NCBI RefSeq assembly: GCF_002075285.3
Contig: NZ_CP021983.2
Coordinates: 4,380,001-4,412,000 of the forward strand
DNA length: 32,000 nt
Source: Halomicronema hongdechloris C2206
Lineage (GTDB): Bacteria; Cyanobacteriota; Cyanobacteriia; Phormidesmidales; Phormidesmidaceae
Direction: 5' to 3'
A program made the translations under genes and the position numbers. Below, one piece after another: positions 9,857 through 17,533 of this stretch; position 1 is the stretch's first letter; each line of letters opens with the position of its first letter. Below the pieces are notes generated by a model. The model did not search any database. It had not been told where the DNA came from and saw only the letters and a list, made by a program, of their open reading frames with translations.

Positions 9857-10528
9857 TTGCCTTATTTTGTGTCACGCATTAAGACGATTTTGGTGCCCCA
9901 GGGAGCAGAATACCGCAGTGTCTGTCGCGGTCTCCGGCAGATAAAGCATCCGCCGCGGGTAGTGGCGGTGCCTTTGGGTCCCAAGGGGGTGAAAACCAGG
10001 TTGATGCAGGAATCCAAGTTAGGGCCGACATTGATGGTGGGCCTAGGAGGCGGTCTCAGGCCCCAGTACCGGGTCGGAGATGTGGTCATCTATCGTGACT
10101 GTGTCGATAGCCTGACGGGTAAGGAGCGCCGGCAACGATGCGATCGCACCCTGACCGACCATCTGGTCCAGCAACTGCCTGGGGCTATCCTGGGTCGCGG
10201 CTTCACCAGCGAACGGGTGATTACTGTTCCCCCAGAAAAACAACAATTGCACCGACGCTTCGCCGCCGATGTCGTGGATATGGAAGGGGCCGCCATCCTG
10301 GCAGCGCTCTCTGCTCAACCGGTGGCTATGATCCGGGTGATTAGTGACGACTGTCGCCAGAGGCTACCGAACCTAGAGGCAGCCCTGGCCTCAGATGGAC
10401 GGTTACGTCCCTGGCCCCTGACCTTAGCCTGCCTGGGCCACCCCCTGGCCGCTGGGCGTCTGATTCGTGGCTCCTTGACGGGGTTGGCGGTGCTGCAACG
10501 GCTGATGACTCACGTGGTTCGCGACTAA
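9857..10528 (+). CDS. hpnG: Hopanoid-associated nucleoside phosphorylase-like protein (PNP/UDP phosphorylase family 1)
   Basis: ILVPQGAEY...VGLGGGL...GDVVI...DMEGAAILAA...IRVISD pattern of phosphorylase family 1/MTA nucleosidases. Sits in the hopanoid cluster. The start codon is uncertain (TTG 9857, GTG 9869 or GTG 9893). Confidence 0.7.
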   Translation: MPYFVSRIKTILVPQGAEYRSVCRGLRQIKHPPRVVAVPLGPKGVKTRLMQESKLGPTLMVGLGGGLRPQYRVGDVVIYRDCVDSLTGKERRQRCDRTLTDHLVQQLPGAILGRGFTSERVITVPPEKQQLHRRFAADVVDMEGAAILAALSAQPVAMIRVISDDCRQRLPNLEAALASDGRLRPWPLTLACLGHPLAAGRLIRGSLTGLAVLQRLMTHVVRD

Positions 10529-10585
10529 ACCCATGGCTCTTTTCCTGCGACCAATGCCGATGATGCCCCAACCAGGCCGGCGACC

Positions 10586-11566
10586 GTGAAACGACTGTCG
10601 ATTTTAGGCCTCTTGATGGGGGTGGCCCTGCTCAGCGGGCTGATTCTCTGGCAAGGGCTGGAGACCCTGGAGCAGTTATTTAGCCAGGCGGGGCCAAGCC
10701 TCTGGCTGTTGCCCCTGTTCTACCTGCTGCCCTACGGCTGTGCCGCCCTCTCTTGGCATGCCCTATTCGCCCCTAAAGCCCATCCCCCCTGGTCGCTGCT
10801 GCTCTACGGCACCTGGATCAGTCTGGCCATCAACTGGTTATTACCAGTGGGTCAAATCGGTGGTGAGTTGGCCCGGATTCGACTGTTGCGGCGGCGGCGC
10901 CATGGGGTTGGCCCCACCGTCGCCAGTGTGGTTGCCGATCAAACCCTGCAAATTTTCACCCTAGCCCTGTACAGCTTGTTGGCGATGCTGTTGTTGACCT
11001 CCCTGACTCAGCAGCGCTGGGATCTCAGCATTGTCATCACCGGCCTGGTGATAGCAGCTGTGAGTTGGGGAGTGTATCGGCTGCAGCGGGGTGGCCTGTT
11101 TCAACGCTTCGCCCGGGTGGCCCAGCGCTTTGTGGCCGCCTCCCCCGATCGCCTGCAACAGGCGGGAGCGGCCATTGATACTGCCCTAGCAGCCCTCTAT
11201 GGGCGCCGGCGACGGTTGCTGCAAGCGACCGCTTGGCGAGTCGGCTTCCGGTTGCTCTCGGCGGCAGAGGTCTGGCTGGCCGTCTGGTGTTTGGGCCATC
11301 ACCTCTCTCCCTTAGAGGCTGTCATTATCGAGGGGTTGGCCCAGGGGATTCGCTCTGCCGCCTTCGTGATTCCTGGCGGTTTGGGGGCCCAAGAGGGGGG
11401 GGATCGTGCTGGTGGGATCTGCCTTGGGGTTACCGCCCAAGTGGCCCTGGCCCTCTCCCTCTGTAAACGGTTTCGAGAGTTGGTGTTAGGGATGCCGGGG
11501 CTGTTGGTCTGGCAGTGGCAAGAGGGATGGCAGCTATTGACCGGGAATTCCTCTAAACAGCCTTAG
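10586..11566 (+). CDS. hpnL: UPF0104 / lysyl-PG-synthase-TM-region-like (flippase-like) membrane protein, HpnL-like
   Basis: Polytopic membrane protein with GGELARIRLL and PGGLGAQEGG...ALALSLCKRFRELVLGMPGLL motifs, recalled from the hopanoid-associated HpnL family. GTG start. Contains a short locally out-of-frame stretch (see findings). Confidence 0.6.
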   Translation: MKRLSILGLLMGVALLSGLILWQGLETLEQLFSQAGPSLWLLPLFYLLPYGCAALSWHALFAPKAHPPWSLLLYGTWISLAINWLLPVGQIGGELARIRLLRRRRHGVGPTVASVVADQTLQIFTLALYSLLAMLLLTSLTQQRWDLSIVITGLVIAAVSWGVYRLQRGGLFQRFARVAQRFVAASPDRLQQAGAAIDTALAALYGRRRRLLQATAWRVGFRLLSAAEVWLAVWCLGHHLSPLEAVIIEGLAQGIRSAAFVIPGGLGAQEGGDRAGGICLGVTAQVALALSLCKRFRELVLGMPGLLVWQWQEGWQLLTGNSSKQP

Positions 11567-12569
11567 GTAGGGGCCGCCGTAGCAGTCCTCGAGCCTGATA
11601 ATCCTGTACGGCATCGGCCAGGGATACTTCGATGGGGCGGCAAGTCAGCCCTAGCTGCTGCTGAGCCTTGTGGCTGCTGAATCGCAGCGGACTGCGGGCC
11701 AACCGTACCCGGTTAGGGGGGCCGCCGGGGGACGATGGGTAATATGATCGGCCCAAAATTCTTGCACCACACTGATGGCATAGGCCAGTCCATAGGGGAT
11801 CTGCCGCTGGGGCATGGAGAGCTCCGTAATCTGCTGCAGGTGCCCCAGCAGTTGCTGCAATTCCAGGTTGGTATTGGCCCAAGATATACCGTTCGCCCAC
11901 CTGTCCCTTCTCGGCCGCTAGCAGATGGCCCAGGGCCACGTCGCGGGCGTCGATCAGGTTCAGGGTGCTGTTGAGGAAGGCTGGGTAGCGGCCATTGAGG
12001 AAGCCCAGCAGCATCCGGGAGGGCGGCGTCAGGCGGCGATCTCCAGGGCCGATGGGAATGGTGGGGTTGACGATGACCACCGGCAATCCCCGGGCCGCTG
12101 CCGCCAGTGCTTCTCGCTCGGCCAGAAATTTCCCCTGGCAGTAGGGACCGACCATGTCATCGAACTCTAGCCGAATGCTCTCATCGGTCTCTTGGCCGTC
12201 GGCAGGGATGCGATCGCACTTAAGAATCGACTCGGTGGAGGTATGGACGACCCGCTCCACCCCCGCGGCCTGGGCGGCGGCCATGACGGTGCGCGTGCCC
12301 TGCTGATTAATGGTCAAGAAATCTTGTTTACGCGGGGCCCAGAGGCCGGCATTGGCGGCCAGGTGGAACACCCAGTCTATGTCGGCCATGGCCTGGGTGA
12401 CCGGCTCGGCATCGACGATGGAGGCCTGGACATAGTCAATGGTTGGTTGGGGCTGCTGGGGCCGATCCAAGTCCAGAATGCGGATGGTATGGCCCCGCTG
12501 CTGCAACAGCCGCACCAAATGCTGGCCGATAAAGCCCAACCCTCCCGTCACCAGACATCGCTTGCCCAT
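11553..12569 (-). CDS. hpnA: NAD-dependent epimerase/dehydratase (hopanoid-associated sugar epimerase-like)
   Basis: Rossmann motif VTGGLGFIGQHLV; SDR catalytic YxxxK (PYCQGK); C-terminal ...FSSHKAQQQLG... About 54 codons (roughly 11716-11880) are homologous only in another frame (see findings). Confidence 0.8.
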   Translation of the reverse strand: MGKRCLVTGGLGFIGQHLVRLLQQRGHTIRILDLDRPQQPQPTIDYVQASIVDAEPVTQAMADIDWVFHLAANAGLWAPRKQDFLTINQQGTRTVMAAAQAAGVERVVHTSTESILKCDRIPADGQETDESIRLEFDDMVGPYCQGKFLAEREALAAAARGLPVVIVNPTIPIGPGDRRLTPPSRMLLGFLNGRYPAFLNSTLNLIDARDVALGHLLAAEKGQVGERYILGQYQPGIAATAGAPAADYGALHAPAADPLWTGLCHQCGARILGRSYYPSSPGGPPNRVRLARSPLRFSSHKAQQQLGLTCRPIEVSLADAVQDYQARGLLRRPLPKAV

Positions 12570-12667
12570 AGTCTCTAGTGGATTCCCCCGGCCTGATAGA
12601 CTCTGAGGGGAAGAATGACATGTCGGTGGCTAGACCGCAACTATCAACAGCCCGACTTCAAACCTCC

Positions 12668-13778
12668 ATGGGACACTCTCACTCACCCCGACTCCTGCAT
12701 CCGTTGATGGGATGCAATCTGGCTACCCTGGTCCAGGTGCTCCGCCGCCATGGCGGTGTCGCCCCCCGCTTTGCCGGTCACCTTGCGATCGCAATGGCCG
12801 CCACCCTGCTGCGCTGGCCCTTTACCACCTATGAACGCTGGCAGGTCAGCCGCACTGCAGCGCCCGCAGCGCCCGCTCCCGTTTTCATCGTGGGCCACTG
12901 GCGCAGCGGTACCACCTTTCTCTACGAACTGCTTAGCCGCGCTCCTCAATTTGCCTACGTTTCTCCCCTGGCCACCGGATTGCCCTGGGACTTTCTTACC
13001 TTGGCCACCCGGCTACAGCCTCTGCTAGAAAAAGCCCTGCCCCAGGATCGCTTCATCGACCAGGTGCAGGTTACCCCCGACGCCCCCCAGGAAGACGAAA
13101 TTGCCCTGGCCAACATGCAGTCGGTGTCTTTCTACCATGGGCTGTATTTTCCCCCGGCACTTCCAACGCAACCTGGAGGCCGGTTTATTCTTCGATCACT
13201 GCTCTCCCCAGCAGATAAAGGGCTGGGAATGGGCCATCACCCATTTCTTAGACAAGCTGCAGCGCCAACATCCCCACCAGCAGCTGCTAATCAAAAACCC
13301 CGTCTATACCGGGCGCATCGCTCAACTGCGCCGCCTCTGGCCCCAGGCTAAATTCATCCACATCTATCGCAATCCCTATCTCGTCTTCCAATCCACCCGC
13401 AACTTCTATCAGAAACTGCTGCAGGAACTGGCCCTGCAGTCCTGCGACGCAGTCCCCATTGACCAAGTCATCCTGAGCACCTATCCCCGCCTGATGACCT
13501 CCCTGCTGCAAGACTCTGCCGCCCTGCCAGAACACGACTTTGTCGAATTGCGCTTCGAAGACTTTGAGGCCGATCCCCTGACTCACCTAGAGCACAGCTA
13601 CAGCCAACTGCAACTCGACGGCTTTCAGCAGGCCCGCCCCCACTTCATAGCCCACCTCAAGTCCCGCCAAGGCTACCGCAAAAACCGCTATACCTTCACC
13701 GCTGAAACCTTAGAGCAGGTACAAACCCACTGGCAGCCCTTTCTAGACCGTTGGGGATATCAGCCGCCTGCGGAGTGA
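12668..13778 (+). pseudogene. PAPS-type sulfotransferase (Sulfotransfer_3-like) interrupted by a +1 frameshift at a C5 run (13151-13155)
   Basis: Listed ORFs 12578..13351 and 13101..13778 are two halves of one protein. The first carries the 5'-PSB loop FIVGHWRSGTTFLYELL...EDEIALANMQSVSFYHGLYFP. The second continues RHFQRNL...LLIKNPVYTGRIAQLRRLWPQAKFIHIYRNPY...ELRFEDFEADP. Removing one C restores GLYFPRHFQRN. Confidence 0.7.
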
Positions 13779-13785
13779 GAGGGGA

Positions 13786-13833
13786 GATGGGTGGATGGGG
13801 TGATGGGGTGATGGGTGGATGGGGTGATGGGGA
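13786..13833 (+). repeat. G-rich tandem repeat: 6 x 8-nt GATGGGKK, equivalent to 2 x 24 nt
   Basis: gatgggtg gatggggt gatggggt gatgggtg gatggggt gatgggga, directly after the sulfotransferase stop codon (13776-13778). Confidence 0.9.
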
Positions 13834-13861
13834 TAGCGCAGCCTGTCCGCAGGGCTTAGGC

Positions 13862-13889
13862 ATTTTAAGGGTTGAATTTTAAGGGTTGA
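13862..13889 (+). repeat. Exact 14-bp tandem duplication ATTTTAAGGGTTGA x2
   Basis: Read directly: 13862-13875 equals 13876-13889. Confidence 0.9.
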
Positions 13890-14063
13890 GTTTTGAGTTC
13901 TCTCGGTAATGATTGGGTTTACCCTCAACACTGGTCATTTAAAACTCTCTTGCCTGCTCACCCCTGTCTTGGTTCTGGTCTACTAGCCAAGCAAAAAGCC
14001 CCTCGCTACCCTGCCGATGCGACGCGATCTATAACGACTAATCGACAGGCTCTTCCGCAGGGT

Positions 14064-14139
14064 CCAGGGCGACGGTTCGCCCTGGTTGAGGGGGTGCCGG
14101 GGAAGCGAAATTCCCCCGGGCGAGTACCCCGAGCTACTC
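14064..14139. other. Cluster of three adjacent stable hairpins in the noncoding gap (candidate structured RNA, strand unknown)
   Basis: CCAGGGCGA-cggt-TCGCCCTGG (14064-14085). CCGGGGAA-gcgaaa-TTCCCC(C)GGG (14097-14120), with one bulged C in the second arm. GAGTA-ccccgagc-TACTC (14122-14139). Confidence 0.3.
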
Positions 14140-14660
14140 AATTAAGCGTCGTCTTATCGAGGTCTACTACACCTAACCGATGCAACCCGATCTAGCGCCC
14201 CTCACAGATATGGCCGATGAACCGCGAATCAAGACCCGCTAGATCGCTGAGGCACGTGTTTTATTCATGGTGTCAGCATGAGCTTGGCCATTCCCGCCGG
14301 CGCAGGGATCCACCCTGAAGTGCTTCTCCCACCATGGATTCCTACGGAAGTGAGAATGACGGGTTGGGTTCGATACCGGCTAAGACATTTGGGTGTATGA
14401 GCGGACTTGATATGAGTAATAGAGCGATTCAGTAATAGATTGATGAAGAGCAGGCATAGAATGCCCTCCTGCTCCAACTTGTAACGCTGCCGACGCGATT
14501 GCTAAAGAAATCAAGTGATATTCTCCACTCGTAAGCCATAAACTCTCAGATTGCTTTAAGCTTCAGCTAGCCACTTCCTTTAAGCTTTGAACGGTAATTC
14601 TCTGCCGCTTTAGGGTGGCCTGGCAGCGAGAGACCCTCCGGTGTTCGATTATTCATGTGT

Positions 14661-14666
14661 GAGGAG
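14661..14666 (+). promoter_or_regulatory. Shine-Dalgarno GAGGAG for the squalene-synthase-like gene
   Basis: GAGGAG lies 8 nt upstream of the ATG at 14675. Confidence 0.6.
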
Positions 14667-14674
14667 ACAACGTT

Positions 14675-15496
14675 ATGAGTCTGCATAACGAGGCCCTGGA
14701 AACGCTTAAACGCACGAGTCGTACCTTCTATATTCCCATCAGCTTGCTGCCTGAGCGCCTTCAAGATGCAGTAGCTGCCGCCTATCTGTGTATGCGGGCC
14801 ATCGATGAGATTGAAGACCATCCTGAGCTCGATAACGCCGTCAAGGCAGAACTCCTGCGCACGGTCAGTGTCAGTCTGCAAGGCGGCTTTGAGGGCTCCC
14901 GTCCCCAAGACTTCTCAGCCGGCCTAACCCACTATCAGCACCACCTAGATGAGGTATCACTGCGCCTTGGCGATTGGGCCCTGTTGGCACCCGCGTCTAT
15001 TGCCCCGCGAATTTGGGATGCCACGGCGGCCATGGCTAACCGCATGGCCTATTGGGCCGACCGCAATTGGGGCATCAATACCTACGAAGAACTCAACCAA
15101 TATACTTTCAGTGTGGCCGGGGCTGTGGGGCTGATGCTGTCGGATCTTTGGGCCTGGCATGATGGCACCCAAACCAACCGCAGCTATGCCATTGGCTTTG
15201 GCCGCGGTCTGCAATCGGTGAATATCTTGCGCAACCATCTGGAAGACCGCCAGCGGGGGGTCGATTTCTTTCCCCAGGGTTGGGTTGCCGAAGACATGCA
15301 CCAGTATGCGCGTCAAAATTTGGCCTTAGCCGATGCCTACGTGGCAGAGTTGCCAAAGGGTCCGGCCCTAACCTTCTGCAAGATTCCCCTAGCCCTGGCC
15401 TACGGCACCTTAGATGCCCTAGCGGCGGGCAAAGAGAAGCTGAACCGTGGCGATGTGCTGGCTCTGATCAGCAAGGTGATGGCTGTTCCCCGGTAG
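14675..15496 (+). CDS. sqs: Compact squalene-synthase-type (SQS/phytoene synthase family) enzyme
   Basis: Aligns by eye to eukaryote-type SQS: LKRTSRTFYIPISLL, first Asp-rich motif YLCMRAIDEIED, YTFSVAGAVGLMLSDLW, second motif region GLQSVNILRNHLEDRQRGVDFFPQGW, FCKIPLALAYGTL. Adjacent to shc. Confidence 0.75.
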   Translation: MSLHNEALETLKRTSRTFYIPISLLPERLQDAVAAAYLCMRAIDEIEDHPELDNAVKAELLRTVSVSLQGGFEGSRPQDFSAGLTHYQHHLDEVSLRLGDWALLAPASIAPRIWDATAAMANRMAYWADRNWGINTYEELNQYTFSVAGAVGLMLSDLWAWHDGTQTNRSYAIGFGRGLQSVNILRNHLEDRQRGVDFFPQGWVAEDMHQYARQNLALADAYVAELPKGPALTFCKIPLALAYGTLDALAAGKEKLNRGDVLALISKVMAVPR

Positions 15497-15500
15497 TTCT

Positions 15501-17453
15501 CTAGGCGGCCTGGCCCTTAAGCTGGCGATAGCGGCCCAGGGCCATTAGCGGGAAGTGCTGCCGGTAAAAGTGATAGCGAATGTAGAAGTGGCCCGGAAAG
15601 CCGGTGCCGGTAAATTCGGCTTCATCCCAACTGCCGTCAGGCTGTTGCGTCCTGGTTAGATAGTCAACGCCCCTAGTGATAGCGGTGTCGGCCCAGTGGC
15701 CAGTGGCTTCGGCAGCCGCCAGTAGGCCCAGCAGGGCCCAGGCGGTTTGGGAGGCGGTGCTAGTCCCCTGCCCTTTCAAGCCGACATCGACATAGCTCCG
15801 GCAGGTTTCTCCCCAGCCGCCATTGTCGTTTTGGCAGCGGACTAGCCAGTCGGCACCCCGTTGAATGGCCTGATGGTGGTGGGGAGCTACCAAGGCCAAG
15901 GCAGCCAGGACACCACTGGTGCCGTAGATGTAATTAACGCCCCAACGGCCATACCAACAGCCCTCGGGGTCCTGCTCCCGCACCAGATAGTCCAGGGCCC
16001 GCTGGATGCGGTCAGCATTTAGGGCTCCCACGGCGGGCCGAGGATCACCTGGACCAGCAGGACCTGCGAGGGTACCTACCATCTCTAACACGCGGGCGGT
16101 AACATCGGCAGTGTTAGGGTCGATCATGGCCTTGAGGTCGCCGTAGGGGATGCGATTCAGCCAGGCTTGATCGTTATCGATGTCGAAGGCAGCCCAGCCC
16201 CCGGGGCGACACTGCATGGTGGCAATCCAGTTGATGGCCCGGGCTATGGCCGCCTGCTTCAGGGCCTCGTCTGGTAGAGTGACTGCCGCTAGGGTCATCA
16301 CCACCATGGCGGAGTCATCCACATCAGGATAGACGCGATTCTCGTATTCGAAAGCCCAGGCTCCGGGCTGGCCCTTGGGATTTTTCACGGCCCAATCACC
16401 GTAGTCCAGAATCTGCTTTGCCAGCAACCACTGGCCCCCTTTTACCAGGGCCGGATGATCGGGGGGCAGGCCAGAATCTGCCAAGGAGCGCACCACCAGG
16501 GCCGTATCCCATACGGGGGAGACGCAGGCCTGCACCCAGTAATGCTCTGGCGTTTCCAGGGCGAAGTTATCGACAGCTTGCAGCCCCCGATGCACGATGG
16601 GATCGGCCACATCGTAGTCGAGGCAGCGTAGGGCCAGTAAAGAGTTCAGCATGGCCGGAATAATGCCGCCCCAGTCGCCACTGGCTTCTTGACGTTCGAT
16701 GATCCAGTTTTCGGCCAGGCGCAGCCCCCGTTCGCGAAAGGGGACTAGGTTCCAGGCTTCCCCTAGCTTGAACAACTTATCCAGCCAGAGGAAGACATCG
16801 CTCCAGTCATTACTGGCGGGTAAGGCAAAGCGCACCTGATCCCGGCCTTCGCTGTAGAGTTCATCCAGGGATAGGCCATCGGCCACCATAAACACCGGCT
16901 TGCGATCAAAGACCACTAACAGGGGCACGGTACTGCTGCGGGCCCAGCTAGATAGTTCATAGATGGTGAAGGGGAAGGGGCGGGCCAACAGCATCACCCA
17001 GGGGGGCAGGGAGGGCAGGCCGCGCCAGTCATAGCAGCCCACCAGGGCCAGATGAAACTTGGTGAAAATGCGGGTGCGGCTGATGCCGCCCCGAGCCAGG
17101 ATAAACTCCCGAGCCTGGATCAGGGCCGGATCGGCGGCGGGAACTCCCAGTAAGCGCAGGGCTAGATAGGCTTCAACGGAGGTACTGAGGTCGCCGCCAT
17201 CGCCATAGAAGAGCTCCCAGCCGCCGTGGGTCCGCTGTTGCGATCGCAAATAGGCCGCTGCCTTGGCCAAAGGGCGGGCCTGGTCAGTGCCCCAGATCTT
17301 ATGCAGAAGAATAATCTCAGCGGTGATGGTGACATTGGATTCCAGCTCAGCCACCCAGTAGCCGTCAGGATGCTGTTGGGCCAGGAGATGCTCCTGACTG
17401 GCGGCAATGGCAGAATCAAGCTGAGACGACGTCATCCGAGGCTGAATTTGCAT
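15501..17453 (-). CDS. shc: Squalene-hopene cyclase
   Basis: DxDD-type catalytic motif PDVDDSAMVV. Multiple QW repeats (QQRTHGGWELF, MQCRPGGWAAF, EQDPEGCWYGRWG, RCQNDNGGWGE, TQQPDGSWDE). About 650 aa. Confidence 0.95.
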   Translation of the reverse strand: MQIQPRMTSSQLDSAIAASQEHLLAQQHPDGYWVAELESNVTITAEIILLHKIWGTDQARPLAKAAAYLRSQQRTHGGWELFYGDGGDLSTSVEAYLALRLLGVPAADPALIQAREFILARGGISRTRIFTKFHLALVGCYDWRGLPSLPPWVMLLARPFPFTIYELSSWARSSTVPLLVVFDRKPVFMVADGLSLDELYSEGRDQVRFALPASNDWSDVFLWLDKLFKLGEAWNLVPFRERGLRLAENWIIERQEASGDWGGIIPAMLNSLLALRCLDYDVADPIVHRGLQAVDNFALETPEHYWVQACVSPVWDTALVVRSLADSGLPPDHPALVKGGQWLLAKQILDYGDWAVKNPKGQPGAWAFEYENRVYPDVDDSAMVVMTLAAVTLPDEALKQAAIARAINWIATMQCRPGGWAAFDIDNDQAWLNRIPYGDLKAMIDPNTADVTARVLEMVGTLAGPAGPGDPRPAVGALNADRIQRALDYLVREQDPEGCWYGRWGVNYIYGTSGVLAALALVAPHHHQAIQRGADWLVRCQNDNGGWGETCRSYVDVGLKGQGTSTASQTAWALLGLLAAAEATGHWADTAITRGVDYLTRTQQPDGSWDEAEFTGTGFPGHFYIRYHFYRQHFPLMALGRYRQLKGQAA

Positions 17454-17533
17454 AAATAAGGCTGTATGCTGGCTACCTAGAGCATCATAGAGGAATTGCC
17501 TCGCTGCTGCTGTCCCGATATTGCGCGATCACC

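Noticed and set aside
14040-14090. SRP (4.5S) RNA-like element; the minus strand reads CTGGACCCTGCGGAAGAGCC.
   Set aside because: The conserved domain IV sequence (GGUCCGGAAGGAAGCAGCC, with its GGAA tetraloop closed by a stem) is not reproduced, and the GGAA here is not closed by complementary bases.
14366-14377. tRNA or tmRNA T-arm-like sequence GGGTTCGATACC.
   Set aside because: The flanks do not form a T-stem (TTGGG versus CCGGC), and I could not build acceptor, D or anticodon arms or find a CCA-proximal stem on either strand.
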